From an uncultured Actinomycetota bacterium (GTDB lineage: Bacteria > Actinomycetota > Actinomycetes > Propionibacteriales > Nocardioidaceae), in NCBI GenBank assembly GCA_963712935.1, contig CAVQJX010000016.1, positions 14,350 to 78,349 of the forward strand: a stretch of DNA of 64,000 nucleotides. The letters are read 5' to 3'. The notes below the pieces were generated by a model, which was given only the letters and a program-made list of their open reading frames with translations, was not told the origin of the DNA and made no database searches. This document shows positions 49,573-58,654 of the stretch, piece after piece. Both the position numbers and the translations under genes were made by a program. Numbering within the stretch: position 1 is the stretch's first letter; each line of letters begins with the position of its first letter.

Positions 49573-50552
49573 CCGGAGTCAAGCGCACGACGGAGAAGAA
49601 CCTCATGCTCTTCTCCGGGCGGGCCCATCCTGCACTTGCCGAAGAGGTGGCCCGGCTGCTCGAGACCAGCATCGTGCCCACCACCCACCGGGAGTTCGCC
49701 AACAGCGAGATCTACGTGCGCTACGAGGAGTCGGTGCGTGGCTGCGACGCGTTCGTGATCCAGAGCCACACCAGCCCGATCAACGAGTGGATCATGGAGC
49801 ACCTGATCATGGTGGACGCGCTCAAGCGGGCGTCTGCCAAACGGATCACCGTGGTCATGCCGTTCTACGGCTACGCACGACAGGACAAGAAGCACCTCGG
49901 TCGGGAGCCGATCTCAGCCCGCCTGATGGCGGACCTGTTCAAGACCGCCGGGACCGACCGGCTGATCACTGTCGACCTGCACACGGCGCAGATCCAGGGC
50001 TTCTTCGATGGACCCGTCGACCACCTCGCAGCGCAGCCGGTGCTGGCCGACTACGTCGCGGACAAGTACGGGCATCGAGAGCTCACGATCGTGTCCCCCG
50101 ACGCCGGGCGTATCAAGGTCGCCGAGCACTGGTCCGCGCGGCTCGACGGGGCGCCGCTGGCGTTCATCCACAAGACCCGCGACATCACGCGGGCCAATCA
50201 GGCGCAGGCCAGCCGGATCGTCGGTGACGTCGCGGGACGGGTGTGTGTGCTCGTCGACGACATGATCGACACCGGTGGCACCATCGTGAAGGCCGCTGAG
50301 GCGATCATGGCCGCCGGTGCGGAAGACGTGATCATCGTCGCCACCCACGCGATCCTCTCGGGCTCTGCGGTCGACCACCTCAAGAACAGCCACGCCTGCG
50401 AGGTCATCGTCACCGACACGTTGCCGATCCCCTCGGACCACCAGTTCGACAAGCTCACGATCCTCTCCATCGCCCCGCTCATCAGCCGCGCCATCCGTGA
50501 GGTCTTCGAGGATGGTTCTGTCACGAGTCTGTTCGACGGCCGAGCGCAGTGA
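49569..50552 (+). CDS. prs: ribose-phosphate diphosphokinase
   Basis: GTGA overlap with the glmU stop. LMLFSGRAHPALAEEVA, YGYARQDKK, PRPP loop VLVDDMIDTGGT. Confidence 0.95.
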   Translation: MTGVKRTTEKNLMLFSGRAHPALAEEVARLLETSIVPTTHREFANSEIYVRYEESVRGCDAFVIQSHTSPINEWIMEHLIMVDALKRASAKRITVVMPFYGYARQDKKHLGREPISARLMADLFKTAGTDRLITVDLHTAQIQGFFDGPVDHLAAQPVLADYVADKYGHRELTIVSPDAGRIKVAEHWSARLDGAPLAFIHKTRDITRANQAQASRIVGDVAGRVCVLVDDMIDTGGTIVKAAEAIMAAGAEDVIIVATHAILSGSAVDHLKNSHACEVIVTDTLPIPSDHQFDKLTILSIAPLISRAIREVFEDGSVTSLFDGRAQ

Positions 50553-50558
50553 GCGAGT

Positions 50559-50582
50559 GTGCCCGGAGCGTGCGACGGGCAC
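50559..50582 (+). terminator. hairpin just after the prs stop
   Basis: GTGCCCG-n10-CGGGCAC, a 7-bp stem. No clear U-tract. Confidence 0.4.
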
Positions 50583-50856
50583 ATCGGAGGCGATAAGCCA
50601 CTTGCGCTGCTTGGAGTAAGCCACCCGCAGGGACGGATTTCCCCTTGTCCGGCAACGCCGCTAAACTTGTCGGGTTGCCTCGGCGAGGGAGCGAGCGCGG
50701 CTTGTTGACCAGCGACTCGCGTTCCGACTTCGGTCGGACTCCGTGATCGACGCGGTTCTTCGACCACGTGCGCGCTCTGCGCCGAGCAGCCATCGATCTC
50801 GCCGGTCCGCCGGTTGTCCGTAGGCCATTGTTTCGACGTTGCTCTAGGAGTTTCCC

Positions 50857-51552
50857 GTGTCATCTGAGGTCAAGATCCAGGCTGAGTCCCGGACCGAGTT
50901 CGGCAAGGGTGCCGCGCGTCGCATCCGTCGCGCCGACAAGGTGCCCGCGGTGCTCTACGGCCACGGCACCGACCCCGTGCACATCACGTTGCCCGGCCAC
51001 GACCTGATGCTGGCGCTCAAGACGGCGAACGCCCTGCTCTCGATCGAGCTCGACGGCGACAGCCAGCTGGCCCTTCCCAAGCAGGTGCAGCGCGACCCCA
51101 TCAAGGGTTTCATCGAGCACGCCGACCTGATCCTGGTCCGCCGCGGTGAGAAGGTCACCGTCGACGTTCCGGTGATTCTCGTCGGTCACGCGGCGCCCGA
51201 CGTCCTCGTCACCCTGGACCACAACGTCATCTCGATCGAGGCCGAGGCCACTCACATCCCGTCGTCTGTCGAGGTCGACATCGAGGGCCGTCAGGTCGGC
51301 GAGCCGATCATGGGCAAGGACCTCAAGCTTCCGTCGGGCAGCACGCTGCAGCTCGATCCCGAGGCTCTCGTCGTGAACTTCTCCGCTGCCCCGACCGCCG
51401 AGGACCTCGAGGCTGAGCTCGCTGAGGCCGAGGCCGAGGCCGGGATCGAACACGATGTGTCCGATGAGGTCGCTGCCGAGACCGAGGGCGCCGAGGGCGA
51501 GGCATCCTCGGAGGGTGAGTCCTCCGAAGGCGACGCGTCGTCCGACGAGTGA
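50857..51552 (+). CDS. rplY: 50S ribosomal protein L25/general stress protein Ctc
   Basis: GTG at 50857 after CTAGGAG. GKGAARRIRRADKVPAVLYGHG motif. Acidic Glu/Ala/Ser-rich C-terminal tail. Confidence 0.9.
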   Translation: MSSEVKIQAESRTEFGKGAARRIRRADKVPAVLYGHGTDPVHITLPGHDLMLALKTANALLSIELDGDSQLALPKQVQRDPIKGFIEHADLILVRRGEKVTVDVPVILVGHAAPDVLVTLDHNVISIEAEATHIPSSVEVDIEGRQVGEPIMGKDLKLPSGSTLQLDPEALVVNFSAAPTAEDLEAELAEAEAEAGIEHDVSDEVAAETEGAEGEASSEGESSEGDASSDE

Positions 51553-51631
51553 TGTGGCCCGCAGGGTCGTCGCACGCATGACGGTCCTGCGGTCCCTTGC
51601 TCAGCGGTTCTCGCGAAGGCCAGGATCTCCC

Positions 51632-52228
51632 ATGACGTACGACGGTTGGATCGTCGTCGGGCTGGGTAATCCTGGCCCTTCGTATGCCGCCACCCGCCAC
51701 AACGTCGGATACGACGTGGCGGACGAACTCGCGTCGCGGATGTCGGGCTCGTGGAAGGCACACAAGTCAGGGCGCGCCCTGGTCGTCGAAGGCCGGCTGG
51801 CAGGCATTCCCGGCGTCCGAACCGTTCTCGGTCGCGGCCGTTGCTACATGAACGAGTCCGGCGGCCCGGTCTCAGGGCTGCTGGCGTTCTTCAAGGCCAG
51901 TCCGGACCAGCTGATCGTGATCCACGACGAGCTCGACCTGCCCTACGGCGATCTCCGTATCAAGTTCGGCGGCGGCGACAACGGTCACAACGGGCTCAAG
52001 TCGATCCGCACCTCCCTCGGGACGGGCGACTACTACCGGATCCGCGTGGGCGTAGGCCGTCCGCACGGACGTCAGGCGCCGGCCGACTACGTGCTCAGTC
52101 CCTTCTCCTCGACCGAGCGTCGAGAGCTGGATCTCCATGTCAACCGCGCCGCAGATGCCGTGGAGAGCGTGCTGACCAAGGGCTTGACAAGGCGCAGAAC
52201 CTCTTCAACAGCTGATGCCCGGGCCTGA
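51632..52228 (+). CDS. pth: peptidyl-tRNA hydrolase, C-terminal 9 residues replaced through a 1-nt frameshift
   Basis: IVVGLGNPGPSYAATRHNVGY, MNESG and GGGDNGHNGLKS motifs. After ...VLTKGL the conserved ending DKAQNLFNS-stop (stop at 52213..52215) lies in the +1 frame. The current frame reads TRRRTSSTADARA-stop. Confidence 0.9.
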   Translation: MTYDGWIVVGLGNPGPSYAATRHNVGYDVADELASRMSGSWKAHKSGRALVVEGRLAGIPGVRTVLGRGRCYMNESGGPVSGLLAFFKASPDQLIVIHDELDLPYGDLRIKFGGGDNGHNGLKSIRTSLGTGDYYRIRVGVGRPHGRQAPADYVLSPFSSTERRELDLHVNRAADAVESVLTKGLTRRRTSSTADARA

Positions 52229-52296
52229 GGAGGCACCTTCCAACCTGCCGGTTGGCCGGGGTCCGGGCGGAGTGCGCGCCTGTGATCGTCGGTCGG

Positions 52297-52337
52297 CGGC
52301 ATACGACCGTCGCCTGTTCGCTCGCGACCGTATGCCG
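52297..52337 (+). terminator. 14-bp interrupted stem hairpin downstream of pth
   Basis: CGGCATACG(acc)GTCGC-n10-GCGACCGTATGCCG. Confidence 0.4.
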
Positions 52338-52699
52338 GGGGACGACGGTTGGGCCCGGGAACGTCAGCCGACGGCATCGGCTTGGTGAGGGGGCTCCGCC
52401 CGCCGGACCCGTAGGAGTCGAGCGACCTTGTCCACAGCTGCACCCGCCGTGGCCGGCGTCTCCACAGTGGGGCGGCCGGCGGCTGTGAGGTCAGCAAGAG
52501 CCGGTTCGATGCTGACGATGGCCGAGAACACGACGACCTCGGGAATCGAGGTGGACCACGAGAGTCTTGACGAGTTCGCCCGCGCCTTGTGCGCATCGTG
52601 AGCGAGTGACCTGGATCTGTGGCCGCGTCGACACCGTGGTTGATCTCGACAGTCTCGAAGGCCGCGTCCTCACCCTCCTCGTGAAGCGGCGTTCGGATC

Positions 52700-53100
52700 A
52701 TGATCCGTGCTGCGAACCGACCTTTGAGGGAGTTCGACCGTCTGGCGGAAGCCGTCCTGGGAAGTCAGGCGAGGCTGGCGGCCTGCCGATCGTCGCCACC
52801 TCCATGGCGACATTCGACGAGGAGGTGACCTGGCGTGGAGGCGGACTCCAGCGACCTGACTGTTGAGCAGGCTGTGCTGACCGTCCACGCCATCGGCGTG
52901 CCCAGCCCGACGCGTGGAAGAGTGATGGGGAGCGCCGCTACGGGACGTTCAGCCGGCAGTCCTGGGCGAGACCCTCGACATCGACCGGTGCGCCGACTAC
53001 GAAGACGGTGTCTGTCGATCCGGCTTCCGGTCGCCGAGCAGGCGAAGCCCCGCAAGATCGAGTCGGACGTCGAAGGCGGCATCAGAGTGTCGCCAGCTGA
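52700..53100 (+). pseudogene. Hsp20/alpha-crystallin small heat-shock protein relic with at least five frame changes
   Basis: Pieces in successive frames: MIRAANRPLREFDRLAEAVLGSQARLAA / LPIVATSMATFDEEV / PGVEADSSDLTVEQAVLTVHA / DAWKSDGERRYGTFSRQ / LGETLDIDRCADYEDGV / LSIRLPVAEQAKPRKIE. Joined together they give a canonical actinobacterial Hsp20. Confidence 0.75.
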
Positions 53101-53185
53101 CTCACCGCTGGAGACCCGCCGGCCGCAGGTCGGCTCGCGCAGCCCGTTTTGCGGCCCGGCGGGTGTACCGGCGAGAATCACCCGG

Positions 53186-53983
53186 GTGACCGACTCTCTT
53201 GACCTGCCCACGCCGCCCGCTGACGTCGTCGCCAACGACCACCTCCTGTCGGCCTGGGCCGCAACACTGGCAGGCGAGCACCTCGAGCGCATGCGTGGCG
53301 AGGGTCTCGAAGGCAAGGAGCTGAAGGACGCCGGTGACGCCCTCGGCCACCGGATCCTGATGCAGCTGCTCACCACCTACCGGCCCGACGACGCCATCCT
53401 GAGCGAGGAGGGCAAGGACGACAAGGGCCGCCTGCAGAACCGTCGCGTCTGGATCGTCGACCCCCTCGACGGCACCCGGGAGTACTCCGAACCGCCTCGC
53501 GACGACTGGGCCATCCACGTGGCGCTCTGGGCCGACGGCGACCTGGTGGCCGGTGCCGTTGCCCAGCCGGGGATGTCGACCACGTTCAGCACGGCCGAGC
53601 CCCCCGTCGTGCCCGCGCGGAGCAGCATCAGGCCCCGGATCGCTGTCAGTCGGACCCGCCCGCCAGAGTTCGTAGCGGCGCTGGCGGAGCAGATCGGCGC
53701 CGAGCTGGTTCCGATGGGCTCCGCCGGTGCCAAGGTCATCTCGGTGGCCCGCGACGTGACCGACGCCTACGTGCACGCCGGCGGCCAGTACGAGTGGGAC
53801 TCGGCGGCCCCGGTCGTCGTGGCGCGGTCGGCTGGTCTGTACACCAGCCGGGCGGACGGTGCCCCCCTGCTCTACAACCAGGACGACGTCTTGCTGCCAG
53901 ATCTGCTCGTTTGCCGGCCCGAGCTGGCTGAGGTCATCACCTCCTTCGTGCGCGACTACTGGGCCGAGCACGGCCAGGCCTGA
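53186..53983 (+). CDS. cysQ: inositol monophosphatase family / 3'(2'),5'-bisphosphate nucleotidase (CysQ-like); start uncertain
   Basis: LSEEGKDD, WIVDPLDGTREY and WDSAAP motifs. GTG at 53186 chosen as the first plausible start downstream of the hsp20 relic. Confidence 0.7.
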   Translation: MTDSLDLPTPPADVVANDHLLSAWAATLAGEHLERMRGEGLEGKELKDAGDALGHRILMQLLTTYRPDDAILSEEGKDDKGRLQNRRVWIVDPLDGTREYSEPPRDDWAIHVALWADGDLVAGAVAQPGMSTTFSTAEPPVVPARSSIRPRIAVSRTRPPEFVAALAEQIGAELVPMGSAGAKVISVARDVTDAYVHAGGQYEWDSAAPVVVARSAGLYTSRADGAPLLYNQDDVLLPDLLVCRPELAEVITSFVRDYWAEHGQA

Positions 53984-54048
53984 CCCGCTGTCCGTCGCAC
54001 ACGACCGTCGGGACTCAGCAGTAGACTGACCGACGCTCAGCAGAGCAC

Positions 54049-54073
54049 GTGCCGTCCCTGCAAAGGACGGCAC
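54049..54073 (+). terminator. 9-bp stem hairpin after the cysQ-like gene, followed by a second UUCG-loop hairpin at 54078..54101
   Basis: GTGCCGTCC-ctgcaaa-GGACGGCAC, then CCCCCGcTCC-TTCG-GGAtCGGGGG. Confidence 0.45.
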
Positions 54074-54174
54074 ACAACCCCCGCTCCTTCGGGATCGGGG
54101 GCTGTCCTGTCGTGGTCAGGGTGCTGAGCAGTCAGTGTGTCGAGCCCGTCCGCCCACCCCTCGCAGAGAAGGCC

Positions 54175-57100
54175 ATGTCAGACATCGCCCCCGCCGCCCA
54201 CGCCCCCGGTCCGCCGTTGCAGGCGCTGACGTCGCTCGTGGGCAGCGAACCGTCCGTCGCAGCCGCGGCCGCCCTGGCCGCCGGCGGAGCAGGTCGGTCG
54301 AAGGCTCTCGACCTGACCGCACCGGGCGCGATGCACCCATTCCTCGCCGCCGTCCTCGCTGAGCGCGGGGCAGCAGGGGACCCCGCTCCGGTGGTCCTGG
54401 TGGTCACGGCCACGGCACGTGAGACTGACGAGATCGCGGCGGCAGCCCAGTCCCTCCTCGGCACGGACAGCGTCGTCACCTACCCCGCCTGGGAGACGCT
54501 TCCGCACGAGCGGCTGTCGCCCCGCTCCGACACCGTCGGTCGTCGGTTGGCCGTCCTGCGGCGACTGGTCCATCCCGGCGAGACGGGCACGAGCGCGGCT
54601 CCGGTCCGGGTCGTGGTCGCCCCCGTCCGGTCCGTCCTGCAACCTCAGGTCAAGGGCCTCGCGGACCTGGAACCCGTCGCGCTGAAGCCCGGCGATGACG
54701 TCGAGCTCGACGACGTCGTGCAGCGGCTCGCGGGAGCGGCATACCACCGGGTCGACATGGTCGAGCGGCGCGGCGAGTTCGCGGTCCGCGGCGGCATCGT
54801 CGATGTCTTCCCACCGACCGACGAGCACCCGGTGCGGGTCGAGTTCTGGGGCGACACGGTTGAGGAGGTCAGGTCGTTCTCCGTCGCCGATCAGCGCTCG
54901 ATCGACGACCAGCGGACTCTGTGGGCTCCGCCGTGTCGTGAGCTGCTGCTGACCGATGAGGTCCGGGCCCGGGCCCGCGCGCTGTCCGACCAGCATCCTG
55001 AGCTGCACGAGATGCTCGACAAGATCGCCGAAGGGCACGCCGTCGAGGGCATGGAGTCCCTGGCTCCCGCGCTGGTCGACCACATGGAGCTCCTGGTCGA
55101 CCTGCTGCCTGTCGGCTCGATGGCGTTGGTCTGCGACCCCGAGCGGGTGCGAGCTCGCGCCCACGACCTGGTGGCCACGAGCCAGGAGTTCCTGCAGGCG
55201 TCCTGGGCTGCTGCCGCCGGCGGCGGTCAAGCGCCGATCGACCTGGGTGCAGCGGCCTACCATTCACTCGGCGACGTGCGCACGCATGCGCTCGCGCTGG
55301 GGCTGGGCTGGTGGACGGTGAGCCCGTTCGGACTCGACGCTGAGGCGGGCGCATTGTCGGGCGGCGCACCGTTGCGCACGGAGACCGGCGAGGTCGTGGC
55401 GATCGACGTCGACACGAGCGGCTCGGTCGAGACACGCACCCTCGACATCGCCCCGGTCGAGGCCTACCGCGGTGACACCATCGCCGCCGTGAGCGACCTC
55501 GGCGCGTTCGTGAAGGAAGGTCGCCGGGTCGTCCTCGTCACCGAGGGACACGGGCCCGGTCAGCGGCTCGTGGAGGTGTTCAAGGAGCACGACCTGGCTG
55601 CGCGCCTCGTCGATCGACTCGAGCCGGAAGGTTCGCCAGGCGTCATCGAGGTGGTCCAGGGGACGCTGAGCCACGGGTTCATCGCATCGTCAATAGACCT
55701 GGTCGTGCTGACGGGCGACGACCTGATGAGCCAGCGCACCATCACGCGCGACGCCCAGCGGATGCCGTCTCGCCGCCGCAAGCAGATAGACCCGCTCGAG
55801 CTGCGGATGGGTGACTACGTCGTTCACGAGCAGCACGGTGTCGGCCGCTACGTCGAGATGATGCAGCGTACGGTCGCCGGCGCCACCCGTGAGTACCTCG
55901 TCATCGAGTACGCCGCGTCCAAGCGCGGTCAGCCGGCCGACCGGCTGTTCGTGCCGACCGACCAGCTCGACCAGGTCACCCGGTACGTCGGCGGCGAGCA
56001 GCCGTCGCTGGACCGGCTCGGCGGCTCGGACTGGAACAAGCGCAAGGGCCGCGCGCGCAAGGCGGTGCGGCAGATCGCCGCCGAGCTCATCAAGCTGTAT
56101 GCCGCGCGGCAGGCCACCAAGGGCCACGCCTTCGCTCCTGACACCCCGTGGCAGCGCGAGCTCGAGGACGCGTTCCCGTACGTCGAGACGCCCGACCAGC
56201 TGGCCAGTGTCGACGAGGTGAAGCGCGACATGGAGCACCCCGTGCCGATGGACCGGCTGATCTGCGGGGATGTCGGCTACGGCAAGACCGAGATCGCCGT
56301 ACGTGCCGCCTTCAAGGCGATCCAGGACGGCAAGCAGGTCGCTGTCCTCGTCCCGACGACCCTGCTGGTCCAGCAGCACCAGCAGACATTCGCCGAGCGG
56401 TTCGCCGGGTTCCCCGTCGTGGTCAAGTCGCTGTCGCGGTTCCAGACCGACCGCGAGGCCAAGGACGTCATCGAGGGGCTCGAGCAGGGCACGGTCGACC
56501 TCGTCATCGGCACCCACCGGTTGTTCAACGACGAGATCAAACTCAAGGACCTCGGTCTCGTCATCGTCGACGAGGAGCAGCGGTTCGGGGTCGAGCACAA
56601 GGAACAGCTCAAGCGGATGCGCACAGCGGTCGACGTGCTGAGCATGTCCGCGACCCCGATCCCGCGCACCCTGGAGATGGCGATCACCGGCATCCGCGAG
56701 ATGTCCACGATCACGACGCCCCCGGAGGAGCGGCACCCGGTCCTGACTTTTGTCGGCAACTACGACGACGGGCAGGTGACGGCTGCCATCCGTCGCGAGC
56801 TGCTGCGCGAAGGCCAGGTGTTCTACATCCACAACCGCGTCCAGAGCATCGACAAGGCCACGGCCCGGCTGCGTCAGCTCGTTCCGGAGGCGCGCATCAC
56901 CCAAGCGCACGGACAGATGAACGAGCACCAGCTCGAGCAGGTCATGCTCGACTTCTGGGAGCGGAAGTTCGACGTCCTCGTGTGTACGACGATCGTGGAG
57001 TCCGGCCTCGACGTCCCCAACGCGAACACCCTGGTCATCGAGCGGGCCGACCTGCTCGGCCTGTCCCAGCTGCACCAGCTGCGCGGCCGGGTCGGACGAG

Positions 57101-57846
57101 GCGGCGAGCGCGCCTACGCCTACTTCTTCTACCCACCCGAGAAGCCGCTCACCGAGACCGCCCATGACCGGTTGGCCACGATCGCGCAGCATTCCGATCT
57201 CGGTGCCGGCATGGCGGTGGCAATGAAAGACCTCGAGATCCGAGGCGCCGGCAACCTGCTCGGTGGCGAGCAGTCCGGCCACATCGCCGACGTCGGGTTC
57301 GACCTGTACGTCCGGCTGGTCGGCGAAGCGGTGGCGGAGTACCGCGGTGACGGTCCGGTCGACGAACCCGAGGTCAAGATCGAGCTTCCCGTCGACGCCC
57401 ATCTCCCGCACGACTACGTGCCGAGTGAGCGGCTACGGCTGGAGATGTACAAACGGCTGGCCGAGGTCCGCACGGTCGAGCAGGTCGACGAGGTGCGTGC
57501 CGAGCTGGCCGACCGCTACGGGCCGCTCCCGGTCCCGGTCGACAACCTGCTTGCCGTCGCCGCGTTGCGTGTCAAGGCCCGCCAGGCCGGTCTGACCGAC
57601 ATCAACGTCCAAGGGAGCTACGTGCGGTTCATGCCGGTCGAACTGCCGGACTCCGTCCGGGTCCGCGTCGATCGCCTCTACCCGAAGACCGTGGTCAAGA
57701 CCGCGTTGCATAGCATTCTGGTGCCGCGACCTACCACCGGCACCATCGGTGGCCAGCCGCTGCGCGACCGCGACGTACTAGATTGGGCGGGTCGTGTCAT
57801 CGAGGATGCGGTGCCGTCGGCGCGGAGTGCGGTCGCGCAGGCGTGA
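54175..57846 (+). CDS. mfd: transcription-repair coupling factor
   Basis: ATG at 54175. 1223 aa. CarD-like segment GDYVVHEQHGVGRY, helicase motifs GDVGYGKTE and DEEQRFGV, TRG and C-terminal domains. Confidence 0.95.
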   Translation: MSDIAPAAHAPGPPLQALTSLVGSEPSVAAAAALAAGGAGRSKALDLTAPGAMHPFLAAVLAERGAAGDPAPVVLVVTATARETDEIAAAAQSLLGTDSVVTYPAWETLPHERLSPRSDTVGRRLAVLRRLVHPGETGTSAAPVRVVVAPVRSVLQPQVKGLADLEPVALKPGDDVELDDVVQRLAGAAYHRVDMVERRGEFAVRGGIVDVFPPTDEHPVRVEFWGDTVEEVRSFSVADQRSIDDQRTLWAPPCRELLLTDEVRARARALSDQHPELHEMLDKIAEGHAVEGMESLAPALVDHMELLVDLLPVGSMALVCDPERVRARAHDLVATSQEFLQASWAAAAGGGQAPIDLGAAAYHSLGDVRTHALALGLGWWTVSPFGLDAEAGALSGGAPLRTETGEVVAIDVDTSGSVETRTLDIAPVEAYRGDTIAAVSDLGAFVKEGRRVVLVTEGHGPGQRLVEVFKEHDLAARLVDRLEPEGSPGVIEVVQGTLSHGFIASSIDLVVLTGDDLMSQRTITRDAQRMPSRRRKQIDPLELRMGDYVVHEQHGVGRYVEMMQRTVAGATREYLVIEYAASKRGQPADRLFVPTDQLDQVTRYVGGEQPSLDRLGGSDWNKRKGRARKAVRQIAAELIKLYAARQATKGHAFAPDTPWQRELEDAFPYVETPDQLASVDEVKRDMEHPVPMDRLICGDVGYGKTEIAVRAAFKAIQDGKQVAVLVPTTLLVQQHQQTFAERFAGFPVVVKSLSRFQTDREAKDVIEGLEQGTVDLVIGTHRLFNDEIKLKDLGLVIVDEEQRFGVEHKEQLKRMRTAVDVLSMSATPIPRTLEMAITGIREMSTITTPPEERHPVLTFVGNYDDGQVTAAIRRELLREGQVFYIHNRVQSIDKATARLRQLVPEARITQAHGQMNEHQLEQVMLDFWERKFDVLVCTTIVESGLDVPNANTLVIERADLLGLSQLHQLRGRVGRGGERAYAYFFYPPEKPLTETAHDRLATIAQHSDLGAGMAVAMKDLEIRGAGNLLGGEQSGHIADVGFDLYVRLVGEAVAEYRGDGPVDEPEVKIELPVDAHLPHDYVPSERLRLEMYKRLAEVRTVEQVDEVRAELADRYGPLPVPVDNLLAVAALRVKARQAGLTDINVQGSYVRFMPVELPDSVRVRVDRLYPKTVVKTALHSILVPRPTTGTIGGQPLRDRDVLDWAGRVIEDAVPSARSAVAQA

Positions 57847-57913
57847 GACGACGCCCGACCGGGTCAGCCGTTGGACCGCACCACTGGTGCGCGAACAAAG
57901 GAGCATCACCGCC

Positions 57914-58654
57914 GTGACAGCACTGCCGACCAGATTCCCGACAGCACGCCGCTTGCGCGGTGTACGCCGGATGGCGATGGTCGTCCTCGTCGGTGTCACC
58001 GGGCTGGTGCTGAGCGCCTGCACCGCTGACATCCATCCCGGCAGCGCCGCGGTCGTCGACGGCACGTCGATCTCCGAGAGCAGGATCAACACCCTGGTCA
58101 CAGCCGGCTGTGCCTACGAGACGGCGATGGGCAAGATCGACCCCCAGACCTACCCGGTGCTGTCGATCAGCACCTTGCGCGCGAACTTCGTCAACGTCTT
58201 GATCCGCAACCAGCTCGCGCGCGACGCTGCCGCAAAGATCGGCGGCCTGCGGGTCAGTCAGGACCAGGTGACGAAGTTCGCTGCCGGCAACACCATCCCG
58301 CCGGACCTCGCGGAGCCCGAGAAGTCGCAGATCACGGACTTCTTCAAGGAAAGCGCCGAGACCGACCTCCTGGTTGCCCTGATCGGAGCCCACCTGAAGG
58401 ACGACACGGTCACGGATGCGTCCAACGTCCAGCAGGCTGACCTCGACGCCGGGCAGAAGTACCTGACGACGTACGCCAAGAACGCCGAGGTCTCGGTCAG
58501 CCCCAGCCTGGGCACCTGGAACGGCACCTCCCTCCAACCGGGCAGCGGCTCGCTCTCCGTCCTCGCGGTGACGCCCACGACGCCGGAGGCGATCCCCGGA
58601 CAGCCCGCCGCCAACCCCGCCACGACCCTGCCGCCGTCCCAGCAGTGCGGCTGA
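57914..58654 (+). CDS. lipoprotein with SurA-N-terminal-like chaperone region
   Basis: GTG at 57914 after AAAGGAG. Lipobox LVLSAC. Pro-rich C-terminus. Occupies the lpqU position of the mycobacterial synteny block. Confidence 0.55.
   Translation: MTALPTRFPTARRLRGVRRMAMVVLVGVTGLVLSACTADIHPGSAAVVDGTSISESRINTLVTAGCAYETAMGKIDPQTYPVLSISTLRANFVNVLIRNQLARDAAAKIGGLRVSQDQVTKFAAGNTIPPDLAEPEKSQITDFFKESAETDLLVALIGAHLKDDTVTDASNVQQADLDAGQKYLTTYAKNAEVSVSPSLGTWNGTSLQPGSGSLSVLAVTPTTPEAIPGQPAANPATTLPPSQQCG

Noticed and set aside
52697-52706. Two divergent genes starting from overlapping ATG codons in the palindrome GATCATGATC
   Set aside because: Overlapping back-to-back start codons leave no room for promoters or ribosome-binding sites. 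The plus-strand ATG fits the Hsp20 N-terminus, so the minus-strand ATG is probably fortuitous. The minus-strand reading is kept only as an unresolved observation.
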